Below are positions 1 to 9,522 of a stretch of DNA of 64,000 nucleotides, piece by piece. The notes beneath the pieces were generated by a model, which made no database searches, was not told the origin of the DNA, and saw only the letters and a list, made by a program, of their open reading frames with translations. The stretch's first letter is position 1; each line of letters opens with the position of its first letter. Position numbers and translations under genes: made by a program. The DNA comes from Alphaproteobacteria bacterium (GTDB lineage Bacteria; Pseudomonadota; Alphaproteobacteria; SP197): positions 4,032,001 to 4,096,000 of the forward strand of contig OZ219747.1 of assembly GCA_964291265.2 (NCBI GenBank), given 5' to 3'.

Positions 1-227
1 ATTGATCTTGCTCGTCTCCGTGCGTCTGCAAGACGAGTGACGTCAGCGTCACCCACGACGCGCCAGGCACGATGTCCCTCGTGCTGAACGTGGATGAAGT
101 AGCACTTGCGGCCGGACGGGTAGACACGTACGCCGAAGCCTCTGAGATGCGGGTCTCGAATGTCACGAACATTCTTCCGGGGTCGCAGTGCCTTGACCCG
201 ATCTTCGGTCAGTTTGGTTCTCGCCAT
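1..227 (-). CDS. Tyrosine recombinase/integrase, N-terminal arm-binding domain (P4-like/DUF4102 type); partial, runs off the window start
   Basis: Manual translation MARTKLTEDRVKALRPRKNVRDIRDPHLRGFGVRVYPSGRKCYFIHVQ... contains the GFGVRVxPSGxK arm-binding motif. A GGAAGGA RBS precedes the ATG. Not in the ORF track because there is no stop in the window. Confidence 0.8.
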   Translation of the reverse strand, partial: MARTKLTEDRVKALRPRKNVRDIRDPHLRGFGVRVYPSGRKCYFIHVQHEGHRAWRVVGDADVTRLADARRRARS

Positions 228-278
228 GATCCTTCCCTTCGCCAGAGTTGCAGGTATGGGAAGAACCAGGGTAACTAC

Positions 279-1757
279 TCACCCCTTGTTAGGGTCTGGT
301 TGTCCGTAGTGTTGGTTGAGGATGTCTACGGCCTTTCCGTCGAGGGCGATGTGGATGGCGACGTGAGGGTTGTAGCCGAGTGCGTCCATGGTGGTGAGGT
401 AGCTTGAGCCGCGGCACCATGCTTTGGCGTGGGGCATGGTGCGGAAACATCCGGACACCTTGATCTTGACCTTTGTCATCCTGATCTTCTGCTCTCCGGT
501 ATTATTTGTGAAACTGACGTTGGGGTCCTTCATGAAGCGCAGGACGGACTTCTCGTGTTTCACGAGACGTTCATGCAGGTTGTGCGCGTCGGACTTTGCG
601 ATGCGTCCACGTTTTCCTTTCGTCCGTGGCGGGATGTCGGGCAGTTCCCTGGCGCCCTGGGTGAGGATGGTGCGGTAGCGCTTGCGCACGGCCCGGCGGT
701 CGGCCTCGTTCAAGGTCTTGGATGCGCTCTTGTTGACCCTGCGGGAGACCTCGCGCAGCAGGCTTTTCATCAGTCGCGCCCAGCGGTAGCCGTTGGACTC
801 GACGACGAAGGTCAGTTCGCGCAGGAGATGGCTGCCGCACAGTTGGTGGCGGCATTGATCGTAGCCCATGTAGGCAGCCCAGCAGTCGTGGATCAGGACG
901 CCCTTGTAGCGCGGGATGATGCCGATCTCTTCGATCGCCTCCCGGCCGCGCTTGGGGTGCGGGAACTTGCACGTCAGGGTGCCGTCGGTGACGACATGGA
1001 GCCATTGGGTCTTGCCGGCGACCCGGAAGCCGGTCTCGTCGACATGCAGGGCCGGTTGTTGCAGGAGATGGGCCACGGCGGCCTCCTCCCATGATGCGAG
1101 GGCATCGTGAAAGCGCCGGACATAGCCGAGGCAGGTCGCCTCGGAGAGCTTGATGCCGGAGATCGCGTGCACGAGCGAGACGGCACGACGCAGGGACAGC
1201 ATCTGGGCGATCAGCAGGTTGATGACGAGGGCCTGGATGCTGACGCCGTACTGCAGGGGGCCCGGCATGTTGTCTGGGAACCGGCCCTTGGTCCGGGCCC
1301 GGCACTTCGGACATTCCTTGATCTCGGCTTCGACGCGGCGCTCGACGACTTCGAACACGATGTCGTAGAGGACGCGGCACTCCCGGTCGACGGGGTCAAC
1401 GTCGTGGAGGTCGGCGCCGCAGGCGTCGCAGGCATCAACGACGATCGTCTCCTCGACGGTGGTCGTGCGCAGGTTGTCGCCCGTCTGCTGGTTCGGCTTC
1501 GGGCCCTTGCCGTGGCTCCCGGTGCGCCTCGCGCTCTCGTCCTTGTCAGTCTGCGATGGCGGCAGACCGGAGTTCCGGCTTGTCTTACGTGTGATCTTCT
1601 CCATGAGCACGGTCAGCAACAGCTTTATCAGCATCAGCATGCCGCGGAAGAGCTCCTCGCACTCCTGGTTGACCTTGCCCTGCTTGCGGAGATCCTGGAA
1701 CTGCTTCTGGAAGATGTCGGCCTCCTGGCGCACAGACGTGCCGTTCACGCTCGCCAT
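279..1757 (-). CDS. IS66-family transposase (single-ORF type)
   Basis: SRNSGLPPSQ, CxxC zinc motifs, LHVDETG, IHDCW, HQLCGSHLLREL and FTNNTGEQKIR motifs. The start is placed at MASVNG (1757), overlapping the MTase stop. Confidence 0.92.
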   Translation of the reverse strand: MASVNGTSVRQEADIFQKQFQDLRKQGKVNQECEELFRGMLMLIKLLLTVLMEKITRKTSRNSGLPPSQTDKDESARRTGSHGKGPKPNQQTGDNLRTTTVEETIVVDACDACGADLHDVDPVDRECRVLYDIVFEVVERRVEAEIKECPKCRARTKGRFPDNMPGPLQYGVSIQALVINLLIAQMLSLRRAVSLVHAISGIKLSEATCLGYVRRFHDALASWEEAAVAHLLQQPALHVDETGFRVAGKTQWLHVVTDGTLTCKFPHPKRGREAIEEIGIIPRYKGVLIHDCWAAYMGYDQCRHQLCGSHLLRELTFVVESNGYRWARLMKSLLREVSRRVNKSASKTLNEADRRAVRKRYRTILTQGARELPDIPPRTKGKRGRIAKSDAHNLHERLVKHEKSVLRFMKDPNVSFTNNTGEQKIRMTKVKIKVSGCFRTMPHAKAWCRGSSYLTTMDALGYNPHVAIHIALDGKAVDILNQHYGQPDPNKG

Positions 1758-2422
1758 GACGACGCCTCCACCGCCATGACAGCCGCCAGCACGGCGAGCC
1801 GCTCGCCTTCGGGCATCGTCCGGTAGCGCCGCGCCCAGCTCTCTGCGAGGCGCTTGATGCGCTGGCGGTCGATCGAGTTCCTGCCCGCACACGTATGCCA
1901 GTGCGGTCGGCCCGGTGCGAAGTTGAACCACAGCTTCTCGGTGACAACGCAGGCCTGGTTGTTGACCTGGACCTCGGCCGAGCGCCAGCCGGCGAGGTGC
2001 GTGTCGTAGAGCCGCGAGGGATAGCCGGAGATCATCACCTGGCAGGGCAGCGACGTCAGGATGTCGAGGAGCGCAACATGGTCATCGTCCGTGCAGTCGA
2101 AGCGGTAGCGGCGCTGCGACCGGCGCGTCGACTGCACGTAAGGCGGGTCGCAGTAGACCAGCTCGCGGCCCTGGAAGGCGAAGGTCTCGAGAAAACGCAG
2201 GGCGCAGCCTTGGTGAAGCTCCACCGGATAGTCACAGCGGAAGGTGTCGATCGCCCGTCGGTTGAGGTCGATGCCGATGCTGCGCAGCGCCGGTGGCTTG
2301 CGCTTCATGATCGCGCCGCCCCCAAGGAACGCCTCGATGTACACGTCATGCGGCGGCATGGCCGCGACGATCGCCTGGCTCAGACCCGTCGTCGCCTTCG
2401 ATCCATACCATGCCGCCATCAA
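1745..2422 (-). CDS. DNA adenine methyltransferase (Dam/D12-class-like)
   Basis: N-terminal YxGSK, motif I YIEAFLGGGA and catalytic motif IV YCDPPY. Confidence 0.88.
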   Translation of the reverse strand: MMAAWYGSKATTGLSQAIVAAMPPHDVYIEAFLGGGAIMKRKPPALRSIGIDLNRRAIDTFRCDYPVELHQGCALRFLETFAFQGRELVYCDPPYVQSTRRSQRRYRFDCTDDDHVALLDILTSLPCQVMISGYPSRLYDTHLAGWRSAEVQVNNQACVVTEKLWFNFAPGRPHWHTCAGRNSIDRQRIKRLAESWARRYRTMPEGERLAVLAAVMAVEASSWRA

Positions 2423-2817
2423 TATCTCCGACGCAAACCGCCCCGATGGCCTGCATGTAGAGTGCCCCTCCTACAATGTCAAGCGCATATCTCCAGAGGA
2501 TTGGAAAGGCAGCCAACCGCTGTGGATGATTGCATCATCACGGGGACAAAACCTGGCCATATAAGGCCGGAACGTGGAGCTGAAGCCGAAGATCGATCCG
2601 CTTCTTGTCAGTCGGAACACGCACATCCGATCATCGGAAGCGAGCAAGTGAAGGCGGCAAGAGACAATGCCGGATCCGAACCCGTCAGGAAAAACGATCC
2701 GTCATCAGTAGGGGGTGAGTAGTTACGAACCAGGAATACACCCCCCAATACAGCAATTGTGAGAGAATTATTATACAACTTTAACAGTCAGTTAATATCC
2801 AGTGTGCGCCCACTGGT

Positions 2818-3897
2818 GTGGCCGCCGACGAGATGATGGCCGATGATATGGCCGCCGACGAGATGATGGCCCAGCCGATCTCGCTCAGCGTTGGTGGCCG
2901 GTCGCACTGGGGTGTTGCGATGTTTGACAATGAAGCAGCACCGAACAGTGACGATGTCAGGATTTCGAACGATGCCCTGTTGACCTTCTCGGGTTCTACG
3001 GTTCTTGACAGCGGTATCGAAGTGGCCGTGAGAATCGAGGTCGAGGGCGAGCAAAGTAACGATCAGGCGGATGCCAAATTTGCTGACATTTCCGGCAGTT
3101 TTGGCACTATTCGAATCGGCAATGAAGATACTGTCGCCAAGAAAATGGCTACGACCGCACCGTACGCGACCTTCTTCTACGGGATCAACGACAACTATTG
3201 GGCGCAGTCAGCGTCAAGCGTTGGATCTGAACTCTGGATGACTACATACGTGGATGCTGGTGCGGGAGCTTCTGCGTCTGTCCTGTATTTTTCGCCTGTG
3301 TTCAATGGGTTCCAGTTCGGTCTCTCGTACGCACCAGAGGCCGGGGAAGAGGCTCTCTCTGCAACGGCGCCTACGGCCAAAGGCAATGATCTCTACTCCA
3401 TCGGCCTTCGCTACGATGGCGCTTTCGGGGATGTAGGCGTTACGGTCGCAGGTGGCTACGCCAGTAAGGACGTTGCGGCGGTCATGGCCGCCGCTGCAAA
3501 ACAACCCTCACCCGGCGACCCTGGCTCTGCGGCAGTGGCTGCCGCACCCGGGATGACCGTAACGGAGTGGGGCGGTGGTGTCGTCGTGTCCATGTCGGGC
3601 GTGTCACTGGGCGGCTCCATGAGTGTCATGGACGACGACATGGGCAAGGAAGACCTGACGCAATTCGATGTCGGGATCATGTATGCTGACGGTCCATGGT
3701 CAGTCAGTGCGAACTTTGGCAATCAGCAAGATGATGACGCGATGCTCGACAACGACTTCGCGCGCTTGCTCGCCAACTACAATCTTGGTCCTGGCGTCAA
3801 CCTTGCCGGCGCCATTGGTGTCGATTCACCCAACGATGGCGACAACGACGGAAAGGATACTTCCTTCGCAGGCATTGCGCTGGGGATCAGTTTCTGA
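2818..3897 (+). CDS. Alphaproteobacterial porin, apparently lacking its signal peptide (5' truncated)
   Basis: Beta-strand pattern (FSGSTVLDSG, GSFGTIRIG, YFSPVFNGFQFGLSYAP) and C-terminal Phe (ALGISF). There is an in-frame stop at 2782 and no upstream ATG or hydrophobic leader. Confidence 0.8.
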   Translation: MAADEMMADDMAADEMMAQPISLSVGGRSHWGVAMFDNEAAPNSDDVRISNDALLTFSGSTVLDSGIEVAVRIEVEGEQSNDQADAKFADISGSFGTIRIGNEDTVAKKMATTAPYATFFYGINDNYWAQSASSVGSELWMTTYVDAGAGASASVLYFSPVFNGFQFGLSYAPEAGEEALSATAPTAKGNDLYSIGLRYDGAFGDVGVTVAGGYASKDVAAVMAAAAKQPSPGDPGSAAVAAAPGMTVTEWGGGVVVSMSGVSLGGSMSVMDDDMGKEDLTQFDVGIMYADGPWSVSANFGNQQDDDAMLDNDFARLLANYNLGPGVNLAGAIGVDSPNDGDNDGKDTSFAGIALGISF

Positions 3898-3982
3898 CCA
3901 TCAGACCGGTACCTTCTTCCGTGTTATCTGGAGCGGCCCCTGCGGCCGCTCCCTCTTTCCTGTGGGAACGCTGAGCCACACC

Positions 3983-4819
3983 ATGGGCGACATTGTCTGG
4001 CTGGCCAGCTATCCGAAGTCGGGCAACACGTGGATCCGTGCGCTTCTTCACAACCTCTTTCGGAACCGGAACGATCCTGTCGACGTCAACAGGATGCACG
4101 GCGATCTCACCCAGAGTGACGGGATGCTGACGTGGTACCGGATACTGGACAAACGTCCCTGCGGAGAGTGGAGTTCGCAAGACGTGGCGCGCATGCGTCC
4201 CAGGGTTGACGCACTGATTGCCAGAACGTCACCCGGGTCCATTGTCTGCAAGACCCACAATGCCCTGCTCACGTCACATGGCTATCCGACCATCAACCTG
4301 GAGGTGACGTCAGGCGCAGTCTACATCGTGAGAAACCCGCTTGATGTGACCTCCTCGTTCGCTGACTTCCTGGGGGTGGACCTTGACAGGGCCATTGAAT
4401 TCATGGGCACGGATCATCTTGAGACACAGAACGATCCCTCGCTCAACAATGTTCAGCTGATGCTTGGAAGCTGGTCGCAACATGTCAAGAGCTGGACAGA
4501 CAGACCCAACCGTCAGCTTCACGTGGTTCGCTACGAAGACCTGCATGAAGATCCGGCTCGAACACTGAGGCACCTGGCACGATTCCTTGGCCTGAAGCCC
4601 TCGCGTCAGAGAGTGCTGCGTGCAATCAGGAATTCGTCGTTCAAGGTCATGCATGGTCAGGAGAAGAGGCAGGGTTTCAAGGAGCGCTCCCCCTTTCAGC
4701 AACGTTTCTTTCGCCGCGGCAAGACCGGGAGCTGGAAGGACGAACTGAGCGAGAGCCAGGTCCGGCGGATCTGCGAAGCCCATGGCGAGCAGATGAAACG
4801 CTTCGGCTATCTGCCTTGA
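3983..4819 (+). CDS. Sulfotransferase domain protein
   Basis: PAPS-binding ASYPKSGNTW, plus YIVRNPLDV, RYEDL and FFRRGKTGSW. Confidence 0.92.
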   Translation: MGDIVWLASYPKSGNTWIRALLHNLFRNRNDPVDVNRMHGDLTQSDGMLTWYRILDKRPCGEWSSQDVARMRPRVDALIARTSPGSIVCKTHNALLTSHGYPTINLEVTSGAVYIVRNPLDVTSSFADFLGVDLDRAIEFMGTDHLETQNDPSLNNVQLMLGSWSQHVKSWTDRPNRQLHVVRYEDLHEDPARTLRHLARFLGLKPSRQRVLRAIRNSSFKVMHGQEKRQGFKERSPFQQRFFRRGKTGSWKDELSESQVRRICEAHGEQMKRFGYLP

Positions 4820-4897
4820 GGTACCTGAGAACCCTGCTTCATGTGCTCTGATCGGGGAATTCGCCAAGCCCGTGCGCATCGGCTATCGTGTTGCGCA

Positions 4898-5135
4898 TGA
4901 CCGACCCAGGCGCCGTGGAACTGGCAGAGAAGCTGGCCGTACTGGAGGGACCTTGCAAGCCGAGTACAAGACCGATATCGCCCGGCTGGCCGAGGACATT
5001 GCCAGGCGGGACGTGGAAGCCGCCAAGCGGGACGCGGAGGCCGCCAGGCGGGAAACTCGGCTGATCTTGACGTTTGCAGGGCTCCTGGCCTTCGCCGTCA
5101 CAGTTCTTGGCCTGCTGATCCGCTGGCCCGGATGA
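4898..5135 (+). pseudogene. Small coiled-coil protein with a C-terminal TM helix, probably frameshifted
   Basis: MTDPGAVELAEKLAVLEG in one frame continues as TLQAEYKTDIARLAEDIARRD...LILTFAGLLAFAVTVLGLLI in another frame near 4950. Confidence 0.45.
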
Positions 5136-6739
5136 AGGAAATGCAGGCGCCTGGCGGACCTGAAAGGCGCGCGTGGCACCGCGACAGGCCAGCGATGGCA
5201 AGGCTGGAAGTCGTTCTCGCATCCTGACTTGCTTTCATGGGGTTGCCCGTCGGGGAATTGCCGGCGCGCAAGCGTTCGGTCACGAGGTGGGTCCTTTCTC
5301 CCTATCGGATCTCCGCTGAGGGCACTGTCGGCGATCTCTTCCCCGAACCGCCCAGCGGTGTCGTCAAGCCGGATCGGCCTCGACGCGCCGGGACACATTC
5401 CGCCCTGTCGACGGAACACCTTCACGCTACCGCGCTGGCGGCATCGAGGACGCAGCCTGCAGGGCAAGGCGCGCCGCACGCGGCGTCCGGAAGCCCTCGA
5501 TCAGGCCGGCAAGGCGATCGGCCGGGAGCGCGGGTGCACGAGTCCGTCGTCGGTATCGCGATCGCCCGTCGCCAATCCTGGCGAGGGATGTCATGGCCCG
5601 TTTCTTCAGCATGCCTTCCCGGCGATACATCTCGCCGTGGTGTTCTTGTCGAGGGTGTCTGCGTCTCCAGGGAAACAAGGACTGTCATGTCGATCCGACA
5701 CCGAAAGCCGGTTGGCCGCGTCAGAATTTCTGTCCTCGATGTCGCCCCCTTTGACGATGAGCGCACAATCCGGCATTGAAGGGACCTCTTCGGGCCGGAG
5801 GCACATCCGCCATGGATGATCCCAGCCCCGGTCCCGCTACCCTGCGGCGGCTCTCGATGTATGCAAGGTGCCATGGACGGCTTCACGAACAGGAGGGTGA
5901 GAGTGGTTGTTCCCGGTCACGACAGTTTGCCGCGCTTGCGACCGGCGCCTTCATGGCGCTCGAGAGCATGCGCCGGTCCGGTGCGTCCGCGGAGAAGTCG
6001 ACCGTCCCACCCGCCAGCGACGGAACGGCCTTCGTCAGTGAGCTTTCCCAACAGTTCCGCAGAAGCACCACCATCCCCGACGCAACCTTCCTGATGTTCC
6101 ACAGGCTGTCATCGCCGTTGGCCCTGCCCGGCCTTCGATCTGGGAAAATATGATGAGCGGCGTGACTGACACCACGGATGTCGACGGCGGGTTCATCGCG
6201 CCACATAATCCCGTCATTCCCAAGGAGACACAGAGGGAACTCAATGGTCAGGCTTCCGACAAGGCTCGCGCGGCCCCTTGTTCCGGGAACCAGGAAGGGC
6301 AACGGTCTCGCCGTGAGACTGCCAGTTTCCTTGCAGCGCTCCCTCGGCGCGGCGGCTTGACGTTCTGCTGTTCGAGACCGTCGACACCGACTCGAGGCCG
6401 CAAGTGCGTCCATGCTGCCGCACCCGGCATGGGGAGCTGTCATCGATGCCGGGAGGCGCTGCGACAGTGCCCGGCTTGCTCGCTGGCCAACAACGGAAGT
6501 GGACTATTTCGAGGAAGAATCATGATTCACGCTCTTTCCGCCAGTCCCGGCTCGTGCGTCCGGGGTGGGGACCGTCAAGGGCCCCTTCCCGTTCCGGCCT
6601 GCCGACGCATCGATGTCACGGTTACTCCGAAGACATCGGGCGTCCGTCCAGACATCCAGGTTCAGGGCGCGGTGACCGTGCCGACATTCGACACTCCCAT
6701 GCAGGCGCCTACCGCTGTCCTTGTCCTGCGGTGCCCGGG

Positions 6740-7807
6740 ATGACCGGCACGTTTCTCGGGGCCATCGTGGTCCCCCGGGCGAGGTGCGGCGCACTTGCCG
6801 TGCTGACCTTTGTTCTGATCGCCTTCGTCATGGCCGCGCCGGGTCCGGCCGCGGCGGAAGATCGCGCCTCGTGCGATGCCGCCGCGCCGCTTCGTACCGT
6901 CAACCTGAACCCGTTCCACATCGCTCATGGTCCGCCGTCCTCGTTCGGCGCCTGCGTTCTTTCGCCGGACACGACGGAGTTCATCGCATCTGTCGACATT
7001 GCATCGCACATGGGCGAGGCGCGCTCCGGCCGGGAACATCTGTGGATGGACGGCGAGACCTCCAGGTATGCCCTCGCGGCCCGACAAGGTTTTCGTGACG
7101 GCTGGGAGTACCTGCTCGAACTGTCGGTGGTGTCGCACAGTGCCGGCATGTTCGACGGGTTCATCGAGAACTGGCATTCCGCGTTCGGCCTGCCTCAGGG
7201 CGGGCGGGACAGCGCACCCCGCGACCGGCTCGCCATAGGCTACGCCAGGAACGGTCAAACCCGTGTCGACATTCGCGACAAGGTCGACTCGATCGGGGAC
7301 CTGCGGCTCGGGATCGGCCATGATCTGGGAAAGGAATTCCTGTCGAACGACGGCCTGGCGCTGCGCGGTATGGTGAGGCTGCCGACGGGAGACGAGGACG
7401 CACTGGCCGGTTCCGGCGGCGTCTCGACCGCGATCTGGGCGGAGACGTCGGGACCACTTCCCGGCTCGCGGGATTGGCTCTACGGCGGGGCGCTGGGGGC
7501 GCTCGCCGGAAGCGCTCCCGATCCCCTCTACGGGACCGGAGGCAGGTTCGTGGCATTCGGCCGTCTCGCGCTCACCTGGCGGCTCCTTCCCCGCCTCTCC
7601 CTGACCGCGCAGGCGGATGCCCATTCCTCGCCCTGGAGGCGTTCATCTCTGGCCCCGCTCGCCGGTCCGGTCATCATGTTCGGCATGGGAGGCAGGTTGA
7701 AGATCAGCCGCGACACGACCCTGGAAATCGCCGTCACGGAAGATGACGGCTGGCGCCAGGCCGCGCCCGATGTCGGCATCCATGCAGCCCTCCGCTGGAC
7801 CCCTTGA
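6740..7807 (+). CDS. Exported beta-barrel-like protein (DUF3187-like)
   Basis: Signal peptide ending PAAA, DGFIENWHSAFGLPQGGR motif and an aromatic residue near the C-terminus. The start codon is uncertain. Confidence 0.7.
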   Translation: MTGTFLGAIVVPRARCGALAVLTFVLIAFVMAAPGPAAAEDRASCDAAAPLRTVNLNPFHIAHGPPSSFGACVLSPDTTEFIASVDIASHMGEARSGREHLWMDGETSRYALAARQGFRDGWEYLLELSVVSHSAGMFDGFIENWHSAFGLPQGGRDSAPRDRLAIGYARNGQTRVDIRDKVDSIGDLRLGIGHDLGKEFLSNDGLALRGMVRLPTGDEDALAGSGGVSTAIWAETSGPLPGSRDWLYGGALGALAGSAPDPLYGTGGRFVAFGRLALTWRLLPRLSLTAQADAHSSPWRRSSLAPLAGPVIMFGMGGRLKISRDTTLEIAVTEDDGWRQAAPDVGIHAALRWTP

Positions 7808-7990
7808 GAAACGGCGCGGAACTCGAAGGCACGATGCCTCCGGCGATCGTCGACGGAGAGTCGGGGATGTCCGAAACACGAAACACAGACTGAGGGCGCG
7901 GGGTCCCACAGCGTCGACCCGGGACTCAGATCCGGCTCACGTGTCGGCCATGGGTGGAATGCGCCGGCAATACGCATCGTTGGACGTCGG

Positions 7991-9373
7991 TCAGGCATCG
8001 GCTTCCTTCGTGAAGAGCCGGACTCGGGCTCCTGTCAGCATGTCGGAGAGGCGCCGACGGATGAGGAAGAGGCAGACGAGCGAGGGGAGCACCATGAGGG
8101 TGGTGATGACAAAGAAGGTGCCCCAGTCACCTTCGAGCCAGTCGACGAGTTCGCCCGACGAGGCGGCGAAGAGGGTCCGGCCGGCGGTTCCGATGGAGGC
8201 CATCAGAGCGTACTGCGTCGCCGTGTAGGTGCGATCGACCAGCATCGAGATGAAGGCGACGAAGGTCACCGTGGCGAAGGCGCTCGTCAGGTCGTCCATG
8301 ACCACCGCGGCGGCAAACAGGAGCTCCGATCGCCCGGTCCATGCCAGGATGGCGAAGAGCAGGTTGGTTCCCGCCATGGCAAGGCCGGAGACGAACATTG
8401 CGCGTATGAGCCCGATGCGGATCGCAAGGAGCCCGCCCAGGACGGAAAACGCCAGCGTGGTGATCCAGCCGAGACCCTTGGAGTAGAGCGCGATGTCCGA
8501 CTTGGTGAACCCGACTTCCTTGTAGAAGACGAGCGACATGCGCCCGAGGAAGGCCTCGCCGATCTTGAAGAGGAAGATGAAGCCGAGGATGGCGACGGCG
8601 ATGGCAAGACCGTTCTTGCGGAAGAAACTCATCAGCGGCCCGGCAACGGTGGCGCCGAGCCAGGCGAACGGGCCCGGCAGGGAGTGCGCCACGCGCTTCT
8701 CGTCGTCGGCCTGACGGGCCATGCGCTCGTCGGCCGGTGCTTCACGCACGAACATCAGGGCGATGTTGCAGGCGATGACCACCGCTCCAAGCACCAGGAA
8801 GGTCATCTGCCAGTAGTGGGCGAAGCCGGCATCCTGAAAGCCCTGGGCCGTCTCGAGGGCGATGATCCCGCCGATCTTGTATCCGGTCCACCATCCGACC
8901 ACGGCCGTGGCCGCGCCGGCAGCCATCGCCTCTCCCTCCGCCTGGCCGACCTGCTCGATCCTCAGGGCATCGATGGTGATGTCCTGGGTCGCCGAGGCCA
9001 TGGCGATGACGAGGCCGACACCGATCACCGCTGCAAGGTTGGCGAGGGGATCGATGAGACTCCAGACGACCAGACTGGCGAGAATGACTGCCTGGAGGAT
9101 GACGATCCAGGCACGTCGGTGGCCGATGAGGTCCGTGAGCCACGGAATCCGGATGCGATCAACGAGCGGCGCCCACAGGAAGTTGAAGGCGTAGACACCG
9201 AAAATGAGGCCGGCCCAGCCTATGGTGCTGCGGGAAAGACCGTCTTCCTGGAGCCACAGATTGAGACTGCTGCCAATCAGGACCCAGGGAAATCCGCTGA
9301 TGATGCCCAGGAGGAAGATGCGGGCCATGCGGGGCTCGACGTAGTAGGCAAACGTATTCGGCAGTCGTGGCAC
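7991..9373 (-). CDS. ampG: AmpG-family MFS muropeptide permease
   Basis: LLGIISGFP, FLWAPLVDR, SATQDITIDALRIE and YTATQYAL motifs; about 12 TM segments. Confidence 0.92.
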   Translation of the reverse strand: MPRLPNTFAYYVEPRMARIFLLGIISGFPWVLIGSSLNLWLQEDGLSRSTIGWAGLIFGVYAFNFLWAPLVDRIRIPWLTDLIGHRRAWIVILQAVILASLVVWSLIDPLANLAAVIGVGLVIAMASATQDITIDALRIEQVGQAEGEAMAAGAATAVVGWWTGYKIGGIIALETAQGFQDAGFAHYWQMTFLVLGAVVIACNIALMFVREAPADERMARQADDEKRVAHSLPGPFAWLGATVAGPLMSFFRKNGLAIAVAILGFIFLFKIGEAFLGRMSLVFYKEVGFTKSDIALYSKGLGWITTLAFSVLGGLLAIRIGLIRAMFVSGLAMAGTNLLFAILAWTGRSELLFAAAVVMDDLTSAFATVTFVAFISMLVDRTYTATQYALMASIGTAGRTLFAASSGELVDWLEGDWGTFFVITTLMVLPSLVCLFLIRRRLSDMLTGARVRLFTKEADA

Positions 9374-9522
9374 ACCCTTCTCCCCGGGCCCGATGAGATG
9401 GCCGGCATCCTAGACCCCATGTGGAATCAGCCGGAACGAGGACTGTGGATGAAAAGACCGCGGGAACAACCGGACGGCGGTTGCTACTCTCCGGATCTTC
9501 TGCACAACCGGACCGGAGCACC

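Larger units (their letters stand above)
271..2726 (-). mobile_element. IS66-family element carrying a passenger DNA methyltransferase
   Basis: 15-bp perfect TIR GTAACTACTCACCCC (271-285; inverse at 2712-2726). 8-bp TSD GAACCAGG at 263-270 and 2727-2734, the size typical of IS66. Confidence 0.95.

Noticed and set aside
2795-2815. tRNA 3'-end fragment at the integrase junction
   Set aside because: No T-loop GTTCRA or CCA; it is kept only as a candidate att junction.
5135-6700. Several overlapping 60-200 aa ORFs
   Set aside because: No recognisable motifs or consistent frame; probably decayed sequence that I cannot assign.
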